From Thermococcus sp. JdFR-02 (lineage in GTDB: Archaea; Methanobacteriota_B; Thermococci; Thermococcales; Thermococcaceae): a DNA stretch of 64,000 nucleotides. The notes beneath the pieces were generated by a model. The model had not been told where the DNA came from. It saw only the letters and a program-made list of their open reading frames with translations, and did not search any database. The stretch is taken from NCBI GenBank assembly GCA_002009975.1, contig MTLP01000012.1:128001-192000 (forward strand), written 5' to 3'. The position numbers and the translations under genes are program-made. Of this stretch, positions 48,183 through 58,746 are shown one piece after another (the first letter of the stretch is position 1; the number at the start of each line of letters is the position of its first letter).

Positions 48183-48537
48183 ACTCTCTCTGTTCTTGAC
48201 TTTCTCTGCTTCTATATCCAAAGTAGAAGCCTATTATTGTTGAAAAAACACCTAAAAAGTAATTCCTAAGTTCTGAAGGTATGGTTAGGTATTGACTTCC
48301 TACGACGATTACTATGAAAGCTGTAGCCAATGCTGCGGTTATTGCCCTCCTCATTTCGCTTTTGTTAAGGTTCTTGTTATTGCTCCATCCGAGGAAGAGG
48401 ACAACTAAGAACACTAGAATTGGTAGGGCTATGAGTGTTAGTCTTATATCCACGTATACGCCGCTGAAAAGCAGTATTGCAACAACCAAAATTGCAAATA
48501 TTGCAACCGCATTTGAATAAGTGGATTTTTCTTCCAT
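48139..48537 (-). CDS. Hypothetical membrane protein
   Basis: 4 TM; EMRRAI and IIGFYFG motifs; AGGTGA SD. Confidence 0.72.
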   Translation of the reverse strand: MEEKSTYSNAVAIFAILVVAILLFSGVYVDIRLTLIALPILVFLVVLFLGWSNNKNLNKSEMRRAITAALATAFIVIVVGSQYLTIPSELRNYFLGVFSTIIGFYFGYRSRESQEQRESTQGEGSQQAQPTS

Positions 48538-48606
48538 AAAATCACCTAAAAGATTATATTCACAAGTTGTAAATAAGGATTTAGTAACAAAGTTGGGGGC
48601 GGAGAG

Positions 48607-49956
48607 ATGGGCAAATACTTTGGAACAAGTGGTATAAGAGAAATCGTTAATGAAAAGCTTACTCCAGAATTGGCTTTAAAGGTTGGAAAAGCCCTTGGAA
48701 CTTATTTGGGAGAGGGAAAAGTTGTCGTTGGTATGGACACAAGGACAAGCGGAGAAATGCTTAAGGGTGCTTTGATTAGTGGGCTTTTAAGCACGGGTAT
48801 AGACGTCATCGATATTGGTCTTTCTCCAACTCCTTTAACAGGCTTTGCTATTAAGCTCTATGAAGCAAACGCTGGCGTGACAATTACAGCTTCACATAAT
48901 CCCCCGGAGTATAATGGAATTAAGGTTTGGCAGGAAAATGGAATGGCTTACACAAGCGAAATGGAAAACGAGCTTGAGAGAATTATTGAAGAAGGGAAAT
49001 TTAGAAAGGCTTCTTGGAGAGAGATTGGAAAGTTAGGCTTTGCAGATCCTTCTAAAGCCTACATAGAAAAAGCCCTTGAGATGGTTGCTCTTGAAAGCTC
49101 TTACAAAGTTGTTGTTGATTGCGGAAATGGTGCTGGTTCTCTGATAAGTCCATATCTCCAAAGAGAGCTTGGTAACAAAGTTGTAAGTTTGAATTCTCAC
49201 ATAAGCGGTTATTTTGTTAGAGAACTTGAACCAAATGCTAAAAGCCTTGAAGAATTGGCAAAAGCTGTGAAAGTTCTAAAAGCGGATGTTGGAATTGCCC
49301 ACGATGGCGATGCCGACAGAATTGGCGTTGTTGATGATCAAGGTAATTTCGTTGAATATGAAGTAATGTTGAGCTTGATAAGTGGCTACATGCTCAAGAA
49401 GTTTGGAAAAGGGAAGATAATTACAACTGTTGATGCTGGTTTTGCTTTGGATAACTACGTTAAGCCCTTAGGTGGAGAAGTTGTTAGGGTGAAAGTTGGG
49501 GATGTTGCTGTTGCTGAGGGAATAATTAAGGAAAAGGCTGTTTTTGGAGGAGAGCCAAGTGGAACTTGGATAATGCCCCAATGGAACCTAACTCCTGATG
49601 GAATTTTCGCTGGAGCTTTGGTTTTGGAAATGATTGACAAATTTGGCTCTTTAAGTGAGTTAGCAAAGGAAATTCCAAGATATGTAACGTTAAGGGCAAA
49701 GATACCATGTTCAAATGAGAAAAAAAGAAAAGCTATGGAAATAATAGCAAGGGAAGCACTAAAGAGCTTTGAATACAAGCGTTTAATTGATATTGATGGT
49801 GTGAGAATAGAGAACGATGAGTGGTGGATTCTCTTTAGACCAAGCGGAACAGAACCCATAATGAGGATTACTTTGGAAGCACATACAAAAGAGAAAGCTG
49901 AGGAACTGATGAAGAAGGCGAAGGAGTTAGTGGAGAGAGCTATTAGAAAAGCTTAG
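48607..49956 (+). CDS. glmM: Phosphoglucosamine mutase / phosphohexomutase
   Basis: FGTSGIR, ITASHNP, DGDADR, GGEPSG, RPSGTEP. Confidence 0.88.
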   Translation: MGKYFGTSGIREIVNEKLTPELALKVGKALGTYLGEGKVVVGMDTRTSGEMLKGALISGLLSTGIDVIDIGLSPTPLTGFAIKLYEANAGVTITASHNPPEYNGIKVWQENGMAYTSEMENELERIIEEGKFRKASWREIGKLGFADPSKAYIEKALEMVALESSYKVVVDCGNGAGSLISPYLQRELGNKVVSLNSHISGYFVRELEPNAKSLEELAKAVKVLKADVGIAHDGDADRIGVVDDQGNFVEYEVMLSLISGYMLKKFGKGKIITTVDAGFALDNYVKPLGGEVVRVKVGDVAVAEGIIKEKAVFGGEPSGTWIMPQWNLTPDGIFAGALVLEMIDKFGSLSELAKEIPRYVTLRAKIPCSNEKKRKAMEIIAREALKSFEYKRLIDIDGVRIENDEWWILFRPSGTEPIMRITLEAHTKEKAEELMKKAKELVERAIRKA

Positions 49957-50416
49957 ATTCTCCCTTAGCTCTTTCTTTAATCTTTTCAGCAAATCTTCTC
50001 GCTTTTTCGATGTCTTTCTCATTTGGTCTTCCTTTGTTTATGCCTCCAATCTTTGCCAGCCAGCCGTTTGTGTCCCAGCCTCTGCATGAGAACTCGCCAA
50101 CAATTTCAAAGCCTTTTTCTTTGAGCTTTTTCCTTAAAGCTCGATGGTTGTACCAAGGGATATTCACTCCAGCTGTTGAAAAGATAAATGCTTTCTTTCC
50201 TTTCATTCTTGGAAGATTGTCCACGAGTTTGAGAAGTGCCCAATGGTGTCTCCACCAATAAATCCCAGAACCAAAGCCTATTAAGTCATATTCTAAAAGT
50301 TCATCTCTAACAGCCCAAGGTTTAACGAGCTTGGCATTTAGCACCTCTGCTATTGCTTTGGCTATCTTTTCCGTGTTCTTATGGTGAATTGAGACATATA
50401 CAATTATTGTCTTCAT
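49943..50416 (-). CDS. Flavodoxin-family protein
   Basis: [35 protein letters not shown]. Confidence 0.88.
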   Translation of the reverse strand: MKTIIVYVSIHHKNTEKIAKAIAEVLNAKLVKPWAVRDELLEYDLIGFGSGIYWWRHHWALLKLVDNLPRMKGKKAFIFSTAGVNIPWYNHRALRKKLKEKGFEIVGEFSCRGWDTNGWLAKIGGINKGRPNEKDIEKARRFAEKIKERAKGESKLF

Positions 50417-50988
50417 TTCAGAGCCTCTTCTATCTTTTTTAGACTATCCATAATATTGTCTTTATCAAATTCCAAATAAACGCCTTTAATCCTGCTTTTC
50501 AGCAATTCAAAGAGAAGCCCTTCTCCATTGATGAGCTTGAAGTCTTTAGCGATTTCCTTTGCCAGCTTAAATCTCTCTTCCTTACTTAAGCGCTTAAACT
50601 CCTCCATCCTCTCATAGGGGTATTTATTTGGATCACTTGAGCTTGTGTGGAATACGCCGCAGGTTGGAGAGCCTTTAACACCTATAAAAATAACTTTTGA
50701 GGGTTTTTCTTCTTTTATAACACGTTCAATAAACTCAACCACTCTTTCTACTGCTTCTCTCATTCCCAAACGCTCATAAACTTCTTTAATTGCAGGCGCT
50801 CTTGGAAAGCCAAGCAAGAGAAATTCAGGGCAAGGATAGGCTAGAATCCGAACATTATTTAAATATTTGGCTAAGAACCTCGTTAATGCTTTACTCGTTT
50901 TGTACTCCTTTTCTTTTGGACCTCTATAGACAAAGTAAGGAGACAACAGACAGGGTGAAATTACAATGAGAGTCATCATACTCACCAT
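50413..50988 (-). CDS. DUF523-like (2-thiouracil desulfidase/TudS-related) protein
   Basis: SPCLL, CPE...G.PR, GVKGSPTCG, G.GLL. Confidence 0.7.
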   Translation of the reverse strand: MVSMMTLIVISPCLLSPYFVYRGPKEKEYKTSKALTRFLAKYLNNVRILAYPCPEFLLLGFPRAPAIKEVYERLGMREAVERVVEFIERVIKEEKPSKVIFIGVKGSPTCGVFHTSSSDPNKYPYERMEEFKRLSKEERFKLAKEIAKDFKLINGEGLLFELLKSRIKGVYLEFDKDNIMDSLKKIEEALK

Positions 50989-51085
50989 AAAGAGTTAGCA
51001 GGAAAATGCTTAATATATTTGTCTTAATTATTATGCAAAAAGATTTTTAAAATTTGAAGTTGTAATAATTATGGTGATGCTAATT

Positions 51086-52582
51086 ATGAAATTTCACATT
51101 ATCTCATCACTTCTAGTTTTGTTATTAATTACGAATCTTGCAAGTGCTGTTTATGTTGAGATGTGGTATTATGATTTGAATAAAGGATCAGAGTGGCCAG
51201 ATAGAGAGATTACAAAAATAGTTGTGCTTGGGGACTATGCAATTCCAATAGCATGCAAGTTCCTTTTTGGTTTGGATAAAGTTTGGATATTTAATGAGAG
51301 TGGTCTTGTTGCTGAGTTCAAGCTAAAGAGACCAATTGAAGTCAGGAATGGTGCTGATTGTAATAATGTTGATTTTAAATATGAAAATAGCACTCTTCTG
51401 ATAATTTATAGAAACAAAACTTGGGATAGAATTCCCATAAATTTAACACTTTCAAATGAAAATATTCCCACTTCCACCCTAACTTATGGTGGCTCAGAAA
51501 TAATTGAAATCCCCACTCAAAAGCCGAGTGGATATGTTAAATTGACAAAACCAAACAACAGTGAGATCTATATTAAACTTCCCTACCCAGTTGGAGCCGC
51601 TGCTTTGTCTTCTCATGGAATTTTCATTGGGACTAAAGGGTACAGCTACTTTAATAGGGAAGGAACATGGGGGGAAGAAGGACCCTTTTATAAGCTTATT
51701 GCAATTTTCTACTTCTATAAAGATGTTCCAGGAGGTTATCTAACTGTTCACTCAAATACCAATGGGAAAGTCATTGTTGACGGAAAAGAAGTGGGAGAAA
51801 CACCGGTAACAATCCCTTTGCAGGTGGGAAAACATAAGGTTAAGGTTATATCCTTTGGAGTCTCCAGGGAATATGAAATACAAATTACGGAAAATGCTGG
51901 AAAAACATTGGATGTTATTTTTCCAACAGGTTATTTGGAAATTACCTTACCTATAAACGGCTGGATTAAAGTTGATGGTATAACGGTTGGTGAAGCATCA
52001 TATTGGAAGCATTATTACTTTAGAACAGTGCTTCCTGTTGGAACCCATACTGTAACAATTTACTGCCTTGGTTGTCCTAATGAGGAATTTAACAATTTAA
52101 AAGCTAATTTTAAAGTAGAAATTAGGGAGAATGAAACAACGAAGCTTAATATTACAGCGGAAATGCTTGGTATTGCTGGTTATTTAAGTGTGAAATCAAA
52201 CGTCAAAGCAAGAGTATATCTTGATCCAAGAAAAACTCAAGAAGCTGGGATAACTCCTATTGAAATTCCGCTGATAGGAAATTACTACTATCAAATCATT
52301 GTTGTTCCTGTTGATGCCCCTGAAATAGAGAAAAAGTTTGACGTTATATTAAAACCAGGTGAAAGAAAAGAGATTTATGTTTTCTTTAACATCACCGATG
52401 TAAACCCTCAGAAAGTTCAGGAAGAATTTCATGATAAAGAATCCCCTGAAATGTCAAAAACTTTTTCACATGCTTCAGTTAATGTCCCTAATAAAGAAAC
52501 AAGTTTAAAACTTCCTATAATTCTAGCTGTGATCATTATTATTGAATTTGTAGTTTACTTGGCATTAAAAAGGAGGTATTGA
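51086..52582 (+). CDS. Secreted PEGA-domain surface protein with C-terminal TM
   Basis: Signal peptide; repeated GYL.V.S...V.VDG..VGETP....L..G.H.V PEGA units; TM plus KRR. Confidence 0.85.
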   Translation: MKFHIISSLLVLLLITNLASAVYVEMWYYDLNKGSEWPDREITKIVVLGDYAIPIACKFLFGLDKVWIFNESGLVAEFKLKRPIEVRNGADCNNVDFKYENSTLLIIYRNKTWDRIPINLTLSNENIPTSTLTYGGSEIIEIPTQKPSGYVKLTKPNNSEIYIKLPYPVGAAALSSHGIFIGTKGYSYFNREGTWGEEGPFYKLIAIFYFYKDVPGGYLTVHSNTNGKVIVDGKEVGETPVTIPLQVGKHKVKVISFGVSREYEIQITENAGKTLDVIFPTGYLEITLPINGWIKVDGITVGEASYWKHYYFRTVLPVGTHTVTIYCLGCPNEEFNNLKANFKVEIRENETTKLNITAEMLGIAGYLSVKSNVKARVYLDPRKTQEAGITPIEIPLIGNYYYQIIVVPVDAPEIEKKFDVILKPGERKEIYVFFNITDVNPQKVQEEFHDKESPEMSKTFSHASVNVPNKETSLKLPIILAVIIIIEFVVYLALKRRY

Positions 52583-52583
52583 G

Positions 52584-54597
52584 ATGAGAAAACTTCTCAT
52601 AGTTCTTACAATCTCACTATTTTTTGGAAATTTTGTAGGGGCTGTTTACATTGAACAATGGGGTTATGAGTTAGAAGGTAGTTGGGGTGCTGTTTTTAAT
52701 GGAGTGAATATAGTGACAGTCAATAATTATTATATCCCATCAGGGGATACTATCAAATTCTATTTTTTAATGAAAGTGGTTTAGTACGCAAAGAACTTAG
52801 GCAAGTCTCCAAAATAGTTATATGCAATAATTCTCTGCTAGTGAACTTTTATAAGTATGTTTCACTTTTTACCTTTGAAAACGAGATTAAAGAGAAAAGG
52901 CTTGCAAGTGGTAGGTACATCCCTTACATTGGATGTGCTGATGGAAAACCCATAATTGGAACAGAGAATGGTAGAATTAAGATTTACAATAACAAGGAGA
53001 AGCTTTTGTTGGAAAAGGAATTTGGAAATGTGTTAAAGATCGCTACGAATCCGAGAGATGATATTATCACAATTGTGGAGTATCAACGGGAGAATGGGAG
53101 TTATAATTATTGTTTGACCTCGTTCTTAACTAATGGGGGTAAAATTTTTGAGAAATGCATAGATGAGAGGATTTGGAATGTAAAAGTTACCAAAGTCACG
53201 TTGCTGTAGTTATCTGGGAGAGTTATCCCAAAGAAGAGTACTTTAAAATTGTGGTTTATTCCACTAATGGGTCATTGTTATGGGAAAGGAAGTTCATAAA
53301 TACTCACATTAGGTTTGAAGCATTGAACGATAACCTTTACTTGAGTGATTTAAAGAATGATAGGCTGTTAATATTTGATTTAACCGGAAAGTTATTGGCA
53401 AACTTAACTTTTCCAAGAATAAAGGTATCTGGTGTAAGACTTCCAAGCTTTATAATAACTGAGGACTATATCTTGATGATTAGGAACAACACTGTGGATA
53501 TATATTTTGAAAATGGGACATTCTGGAGAAGTATTAACTCAAGATTTCAAATATTTGGGGGTGATGTTCAGGGGAAATATATTTTGATTTATGGAGGTTC
53601 AAGATTAATCAAGCTTCCGCTTGAAAAACCTGAGGGATTTGTACACATTATCTCACTTATAAATTCAAGTGAGACTCTAATCGAATTTCCATATCCCGTT
53701 AGTGCAGTTAAAATGCTTGATAGAAAGCTTTTGGTTAGGACAACGGGTTATTATTATGTCAAGGAAGATTCCGCAGGTTATGGTGAGATTTATATGAGAG
53801 GTGGCTTTTTCTATCTGCTCAGAGATGTCCCAGGAGGATATTTGAACATAAACTCAAACATTAATAAAACAGAAATATTTGTTAATGGCAAGTGGAAAGG
53901 AGTTGCTCCAATAGAGCTTCCATTAATAGAGGGAAAGCATAATATAACAGCGATAGCATTTAGTTTGGTGAAATCTTCGTTAGTTGAAATTAAAGAGGGT
54001 GAAGAAAAGAACTTAGCTTTTGATTTTCCTTATGGAGAGCTTGAAATAGATTCTCAAGTCTATGGTTGGGTTAAAATAGACACCAAAGTTTTTGGAAAAG
54101 TTCCGGGGAAATTTAAACTTCCTCCTGGAGTTTACAATCTAACCCTTTACTGTTTCGGTTGTCCTAAGGAGGTTCTTTATTTAGAAAAGAACTTGAAATA
54201 TACAATTAAAATTGAAGAAAACAAGACAACAAAAATTGTGGTTAATAAGGACATTCTTAAGAAATCAATCGGGTACCTTGAAATAAAGGCAGAGAACGTA
54301 TTGATTGATGGAGAGGAGATTAAGCATATTATAAAGCTTCCCTTAGTTGTTGGAGAACATGAAGTTCTTATTAATGGGAAGAAAACAAGATTAATAATAG
54401 AGGAAGGTAGGATAATAGTTCTAGAACCTCAAAAAGAGGAAATATCAACTAAAACATCTTCCCAGACTTTTTCTTTAACATCAACATTATCTTTAGAAGA
54501 ACCACTCAGTGATAAAGCAATCATTTACGTTGAGTTAACTTTGATTATACTCCTTGGAATTTTGATAGCTAAAGAACTTATTAAAGATAGCCGATGA
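52584..54597 (+). pseudogene. PEGA-domain surface protein paralog split by two frameshifts (or sequencing errors)
   Basis: Three successive ORFs (52584-52784, 52841-53209, 53173-54597) join into one protein colinear with the upstream paralog if one base is added at about 52743-52768 and one at about 53193. Confidence 0.8.
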
Positions 54598-54617
54598 TCT
54601 TTTGCTATTAAAATCTG

Positions 54618-55199
54618 TTATAAATTTGATTGCAGAGTCTTTTCTAATATTTCCTCTACTTTTTTTCTAAGTTCCTCTAGAGTCCCCTCGTTAATTATAA
54701 CAAAATCTGTCAAGTCTTTAAGCTTGCTAGTTTGATAAAGCTCCTCTTCTGCTTTATCCATTTTTAAAAAGTCTTCAAAAGAGCTGATAACTTTATCTTT
54801 ACTCGCGTTTCTCTTCTTCAGGCGCTCATATCTAATCTCCGCCCTCGCATCAACATAGATAACTACTCCTCCTCTCTTCTTAATTGCTTCAATTTCTCCC
54901 TTCGAGCGAACTCCATCGATTACAACATGCTCACAATGTCTCATTTTATCTAAAGTCAATCTAATCAAGATATCCTCTCCATATGTATCTTTCAGATATT
55001 TTCCATAATCAATGAGCTTATCCCTTGTTGGTTCGGCTTTTTCGGGCAATTCTGGTATCCAGGAATAGGGTTCAATGTTGTGGGTTAACAAGTCTATTAG
55101 TGGATCACTGCAAGAAATTCTACAAAACCCTTTTTCCTCCAAAAACTTAGCTATTGTGGTCTTTCCAGCCGCTATTTTTCCTATGACTCCAATTAGCAC
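54618..55199 (-). CDS. P-loop nucleotide kinase (dephospho-CoA kinase-like/UPF0200)
   Basis: GKIAAGKTT, VVIDGVRS, RYERL, VIINEGTLEEL. Confidence 0.8.
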   Translation of the reverse strand: MLIGVIGKIAAGKTTIAKFLEEKGFCRISCSDPLIDLLTHNIEPYSWIPELPEKAEPTRDKLIDYGKYLKDTYGEDILIRLTLDKMRHCEHVVIDGVRSKGEIEAIKKRGGVVIYVDARAEIRYERLKKRNASKDKVISSFEDFLKMDKAEEELYQTSKLKDLTDFVIINEGTLEELRKKVEEILEKTLQSNL

Positions 55200-55211
55200 C
55201 CTATCACTCTC

Positions 55212-56045
55212 CTATTCTAAAACTTCGAATTCTCTGAGTAGCAAATGGAGATTCCTTTCCGCATAAGTTCTGCTCTCTATCGGTACCAATATTATCGAAT
55301 CGTAAAGCATAGCATAGTCTTTTAAAGTTGTTAAGAATTTAAAAACGCTTGCAAAGGTGTTTTCTAGGATGAGATATTCTAGTCCATCTAGCAAAATAAC
55401 CTTTGGCAGGTTCTTGCTTTTCATGAAGTCTACCAATGTTTGCATTAAATAGGCTAAATTCGTCGGATATACTGCATCTTTGTTTTCAATTTTTGTAATC
55501 CATAGGATAGGTGTTTCTTTAAGCTCTAATGTTTCTCTAATTATCTCTGGGGGATCTCTTGAGATTATAAGTCCAGAACGATCTTTTAATAAACTTGTAA
55601 AATACTCACAGCAAGTGTCTTTATTAGGACATAAATAAACTCCTGGATCTAGGATGACTTCAGTTTTGGTTTTTATCTCTTCTTTAACAATTGGAACTGG
55701 CTTATATTTTTTTGCTAATCCAAACAAAAGTTTGAGCCATCCAAAGCCGATTATCGCTATTGATAAGACATATATTGCTTTAATCAGCCTTCCATCTACC
55801 TCTGTTTTTAATAAGGTTCCATTTATGCTAAACTCTGTTACAATGTCAAAAAACCTTCCAATTAACGCAATTACAAGTCCAATAGTTGCTAAATCATAGA
55901 ATTCCCTTAAATTGGGAAACCTTTCATGGATTATGTTTCTGTATTGTATTGTTATATAGGTAATTATGAAAATAACTATGAAATTTAGGATGTCAAAGAA
56001 CAATGATATTTTGTCAGGAATACTAATGATCATATCTATCCCCAT
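55212..56045 (-). CDS. DUF835-domain protein with N-terminal TM region
   Basis: LIISR.P, ILWIT, V.PT.L, VILLDGLEYLILENTF..VFKFL..LKDY. Confidence 0.88.
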   Translation of the reverse strand: MGIDMIISIPDKISLFFDILNFIVIFIITYITIQYRNIIHERFPNLREFYDLATIGLVIALIGRFFDIVTEFSINGTLLKTEVDGRLIKAIYVLSIAIIGFGWLKLLFGLAKKYKPVPIVKEEIKTKTEVILDPGVYLCPNKDTCCEYFTSLLKDRSGLIISRDPPEIIRETLELKETPILWITKIENKDAVYPTNLAYLMQTLVDFMKSKNLPKVILLDGLEYLILENTFASVFKFLTTLKDYAMLYDSIILVPIESRTYAERNLHLLLREFEVLE

Positions 56046-56051
56046 TTAATA

Positions 56052-56888
56052 CTATTCGCTTGGATTAAATACTTTATGTTCCATTTTGCCTCTCTTCCAA
56101 TTCCTATAAATCAACCTTGCGGCATCACTAGGTTCCATTAAACCATCTTTTACTTGCTTTAAAATGAATTCTAACAATGCTTCTCTATCAATTATCATTG
56201 GTATCTGAAAGCCGAATAGATGTTTAATTTCAAAGAACCCGATGTGAAAAAATCTCATTGGATTTAAAAGTGCAACTTCATTGAAAAATTTCAAATCAAA
56301 GGGAAAATCAGCGAGCACAAGTTTAATATTCTTTTCTTTGGCAATTTTGGTTAGTTTTTCTTCGTCTGGGAAAAAGACTTCCCTTGGCTTTCCTCCTATA
56401 CTTTCATACTCCCACTTTGGAAAAGTATATTTAATTCCAACTTTCATGGATTCTAATCCAAAGTGCTCAGCAAAACCGAGTAAAGCCTTTGCATTAAAGC
56501 TTAGAAACACTAAAGCTCTTCCATTGTTTTTAAGCTTTGGCAAGTTTCTTGGTGGATACTTAAGCTCAGATCCAATGAAAGGCGTTAAAAACTCTAAAAA
56601 TGTTCCTTTTATCTTCTTTAAGTTTTTCTCTAGAATTCTACGCTTTATTAACAAATCCAGCTTTGAATGGACTGTTATTAATTTTATTCCAAGTCTCTCC
56701 CTAAGTTTGCCCACTATTAATCCATTTCCAATTACTGCACTCTTATCTGGTCTGTCTTGGGCTATTATAAAAAGCCTATCACTTTTTTTGTCATAAATAA
56801 GTTCTTCAATTGTAAAAGGTACACTTTCAAAGCCATACTCCCTTCTAATTTCCTCGATTAAAGCTGTTATCTCATCAATCGTGAACAT
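56052..56888 (-). CDS. Conserved hypothetical protein (KH-like N-terminal motif)
   Basis: DRPDKSAVIG.G..VGKL; GLMEPSDAA near C-terminus. Confidence 0.7.
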   Translation of the reverse strand: MFTIDEITALIEEIRREYGFESVPFTIEELIYDKKSDRLFIIAQDRPDKSAVIGNGLIVGKLRERLGIKLITVHSKLDLLIKRRILEKNLKKIKGTFLEFLTPFIGSELKYPPRNLPKLKNNGRALVFLSFNAKALLGFAEHFGLESMKVGIKYTFPKWEYESIGGKPREVFFPDEEKLTKIAKEKNIKLVLADFPFDLKFFNEVALLNPMRFFHIGFFEIKHLFGFQIPMIIDREALLEFILKQVKDGLMEPSDAARLIYRNWKRGKMEHKVFNPSE

Positions 56889-56889
56889 A

Positions 56890-57174
56890 TTAACCTACCT
56901 TATATTTTCCTATGCATTCGTAAATTTCCTGGGCAATTTTTAGGGCTTCACCTTTATCATCAGTATCTTTAACGATTATTTTTCCACTTGGAAAGAGGCT
57001 TATATCGTAGGTCTTTTTGACTAAAGCTAAAAATCTGGTCACTTTTTTGATTTGATAGCCTTTTTCAGCTAAACATTCGCAGAGCTCTTCCAAATCAATG
57101 TCGTATCTTTCCTCGGGAGTTATGTTTATGGCTTTCATACTTGTGCATGGTTTTGCAATAAGCATAAGGATCAC
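56890..57174 (-). CDS. Small conserved hypothetical protein
   Basis: AKPC..., ISLFPSGKIIVK; operonic with the downstream gene. Confidence 0.7.
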   Translation of the reverse strand: MILMLIAKPCTSMKAINITPEERYDIDLEELCECLAEKGYQIKKVTRFLALVKKTYDISLFPSGKIIVKDTDDKGEALKIAQEIYECIGKYKVG

Positions 57175-57213
57175 CCCTGATAAAATTAGAATGTCAAGAT
57201 AAAAAGATTTGTG

Positions 57214-57861
57214 TCAAATACTTCGGCTCTTCTTTAAGATAAGCTTCATCAAAGCTCCCCGTTTTTCTAATGTGTATTCTTCAAAGTTGCTCCTCGCTGC
57301 TGCTTGGGATATCCTTCCTTTCCATTCTCCATGCTTCAACCCATGAAGTCTGAACCCAATTCCCCAAGGAAAGTAATTTAAACCAACGCCCTTCAAAAAC
57401 TCCTTGAGTTCTTCTCTACCTGCATCTGTGATGAAGTCGTAAATCCACGCTTTTCCTCCTGTCTTTAGAACTCTGTACATCTCATTAAACGCTTTCAATG
57501 GCATGCTGAAGTGATGGAGCGCACCAACACTTATTATAAGGTCAAAATACTTCTTTGGAAACTTTAGATCATAAGCGCTCATAACTTCAAATTTCACATT
57601 CTCAACACCAGCTTTCTCAGCATTTTTTCTTGCAAGTTTTATCATGGTTTTTGAAATGTCAACACCCCAAACCTCCAAATTGGGATTTCTCTTCGCTATT
57701 TCAATTGGCACATAACCAGGGCCAGTGCCTACATCGAGGATCTTTCCTTCCTCTTTAACTTCTGAAAGGACATCCTTGGCTATCACTTCATCGAGACCTT
57801 TTCTTCTCTTTGCCATAAGATTGTAGATATAAGCTCCAGGTGCTGGAATTCCTTCTATCAT
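57214..57861 (-). CDS. Class I SAM-dependent methyltransferase (UbiE-like)
   Basis: ILDVGTGPG, GVDIS, LHH, EMYRVLK.GG. Confidence 0.9.
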   Translation of the reverse strand: MIEGIPAPGAYIYNLMAKRRKGLDEVIAKDVLSEVKEEGKILDVGTGPGYVPIEIAKRNPNLEVWGVDISKTMIKLARKNAEKAGVENVKFEVMSAYDLKFPKKYFDLIISVGALHHFSMPLKAFNEMYRVLKTGGKAWIYDFITDAGREELKEFLKGVGLNYFPWGIGFRLHGLKHGEWKGRISQAAARSNFEEYTLEKRGALMKLILKKSRSI

Positions 57862-57904
57862 TATTAATCCCCTTAAAGACTTTAAAGGAAAGTATATAAG
57901 ATTG

Positions 57905-57925
57905 TTGTAACTAAGTGAGTTACAA
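57905..57925. promoter_or_regulatory. Palindrome TTGTAACT-N5-AGTTACAA, candidate operator of the adjacent TrmB-like regulator
   Basis: Perfect 8-bp inverted repeat between a TATA-like TATATAAG and the TrmB-like gene start. Confidence 0.65.
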
Positions 57926-57933
57926 AATTAAAG

Positions 57934-58746
57934 GTGAGACTAGTGGTTGATGAGGAAATTATTGAGAAGCTTAAGCTTCTTGGTCTTAGAGAGTATGAGG
58001 CAAGGATTTATGCGACTTTGGTTGTTTTGGGACCCTCAAAAGCAAGTGAAATAGCCAAGGAGAGTGAAGTTCCAAGACCGAGGGTTTATGATGTCTTAAA
58101 AGAACTTCACAAAAAAGGTTTCGTAGACATAAGCGAAGGAAATCCTACATACTTTAGAGCAGTGGAACCTGAAAAAGTAATCGCTTCATTGAGGGATAAA
58201 TACTTGAAATCCTCCGAAGAGGTCATAATTAAGTTGAAAAGCTATCAGAAGGGGCAAAGAGAAGAGTGGCTACCTGTTTGGTCTCTCCAAGGAGAGTGGA
58301 ACATAAAAAGCAAAGTTGAAGATTTAGCGGACAGAGCTGAGAAAGAGTTCATAACAGCCTTTGTGGAGGGGAAGCTAGCCTTGAAATTTAAGAAAGCCTT
58401 TGAAAAGGTAAAGCATAGAGGATTAGATGTAAAGATTCTCCTTCTCGAGAAAAACAAACGCTATCTTAATGCATTAAACCGATTTGGAGAGGCGAGGTGC
58501 ATACAGCTTGAAAAGATTTTAGATAGAGAATCAGAAGACTTTAGGGAAGTACTCGCAGAAGCGTTGTTCTCAAATAAGACACCCTACAATGTAAAGGGAA
58601 TTTTTGTTAGAGATGGAGAGGAATCCATTTTGATCTATGAGGAAGGGGGAATCCTTAAAGGCTTGATTATAACGATTCCGTTCATTCCAATGTTCCAGAG
58701 AAAAATGATGCTTCATTTCTTTGAAAAAAGCAAAGAAAAGAACTAA
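57934..58746 (+). CDS. TrmB-family transcriptional regulator
   Basis: LGLREYEARIYATL..GPSKASEIA..S.VPRPRVYDVL..L..KGFV. Confidence 0.9.
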   Translation: MRLVVDEEIIEKLKLLGLREYEARIYATLVVLGPSKASEIAKESEVPRPRVYDVLKELHKKGFVDISEGNPTYFRAVEPEKVIASLRDKYLKSSEEVIIKLKSYQKGQREEWLPVWSLQGEWNIKSKVEDLADRAEKEFITAFVEGKLALKFKKAFEKVKHRGLDVKILLLEKNKRYLNALNRFGEARCIQLEKILDRESEDFREVLAEALFSNKTPYNVKGIFVRDGEESILIYEEGGILKGLIITIPFIPMFQRKMMLHFFEKSKEKN

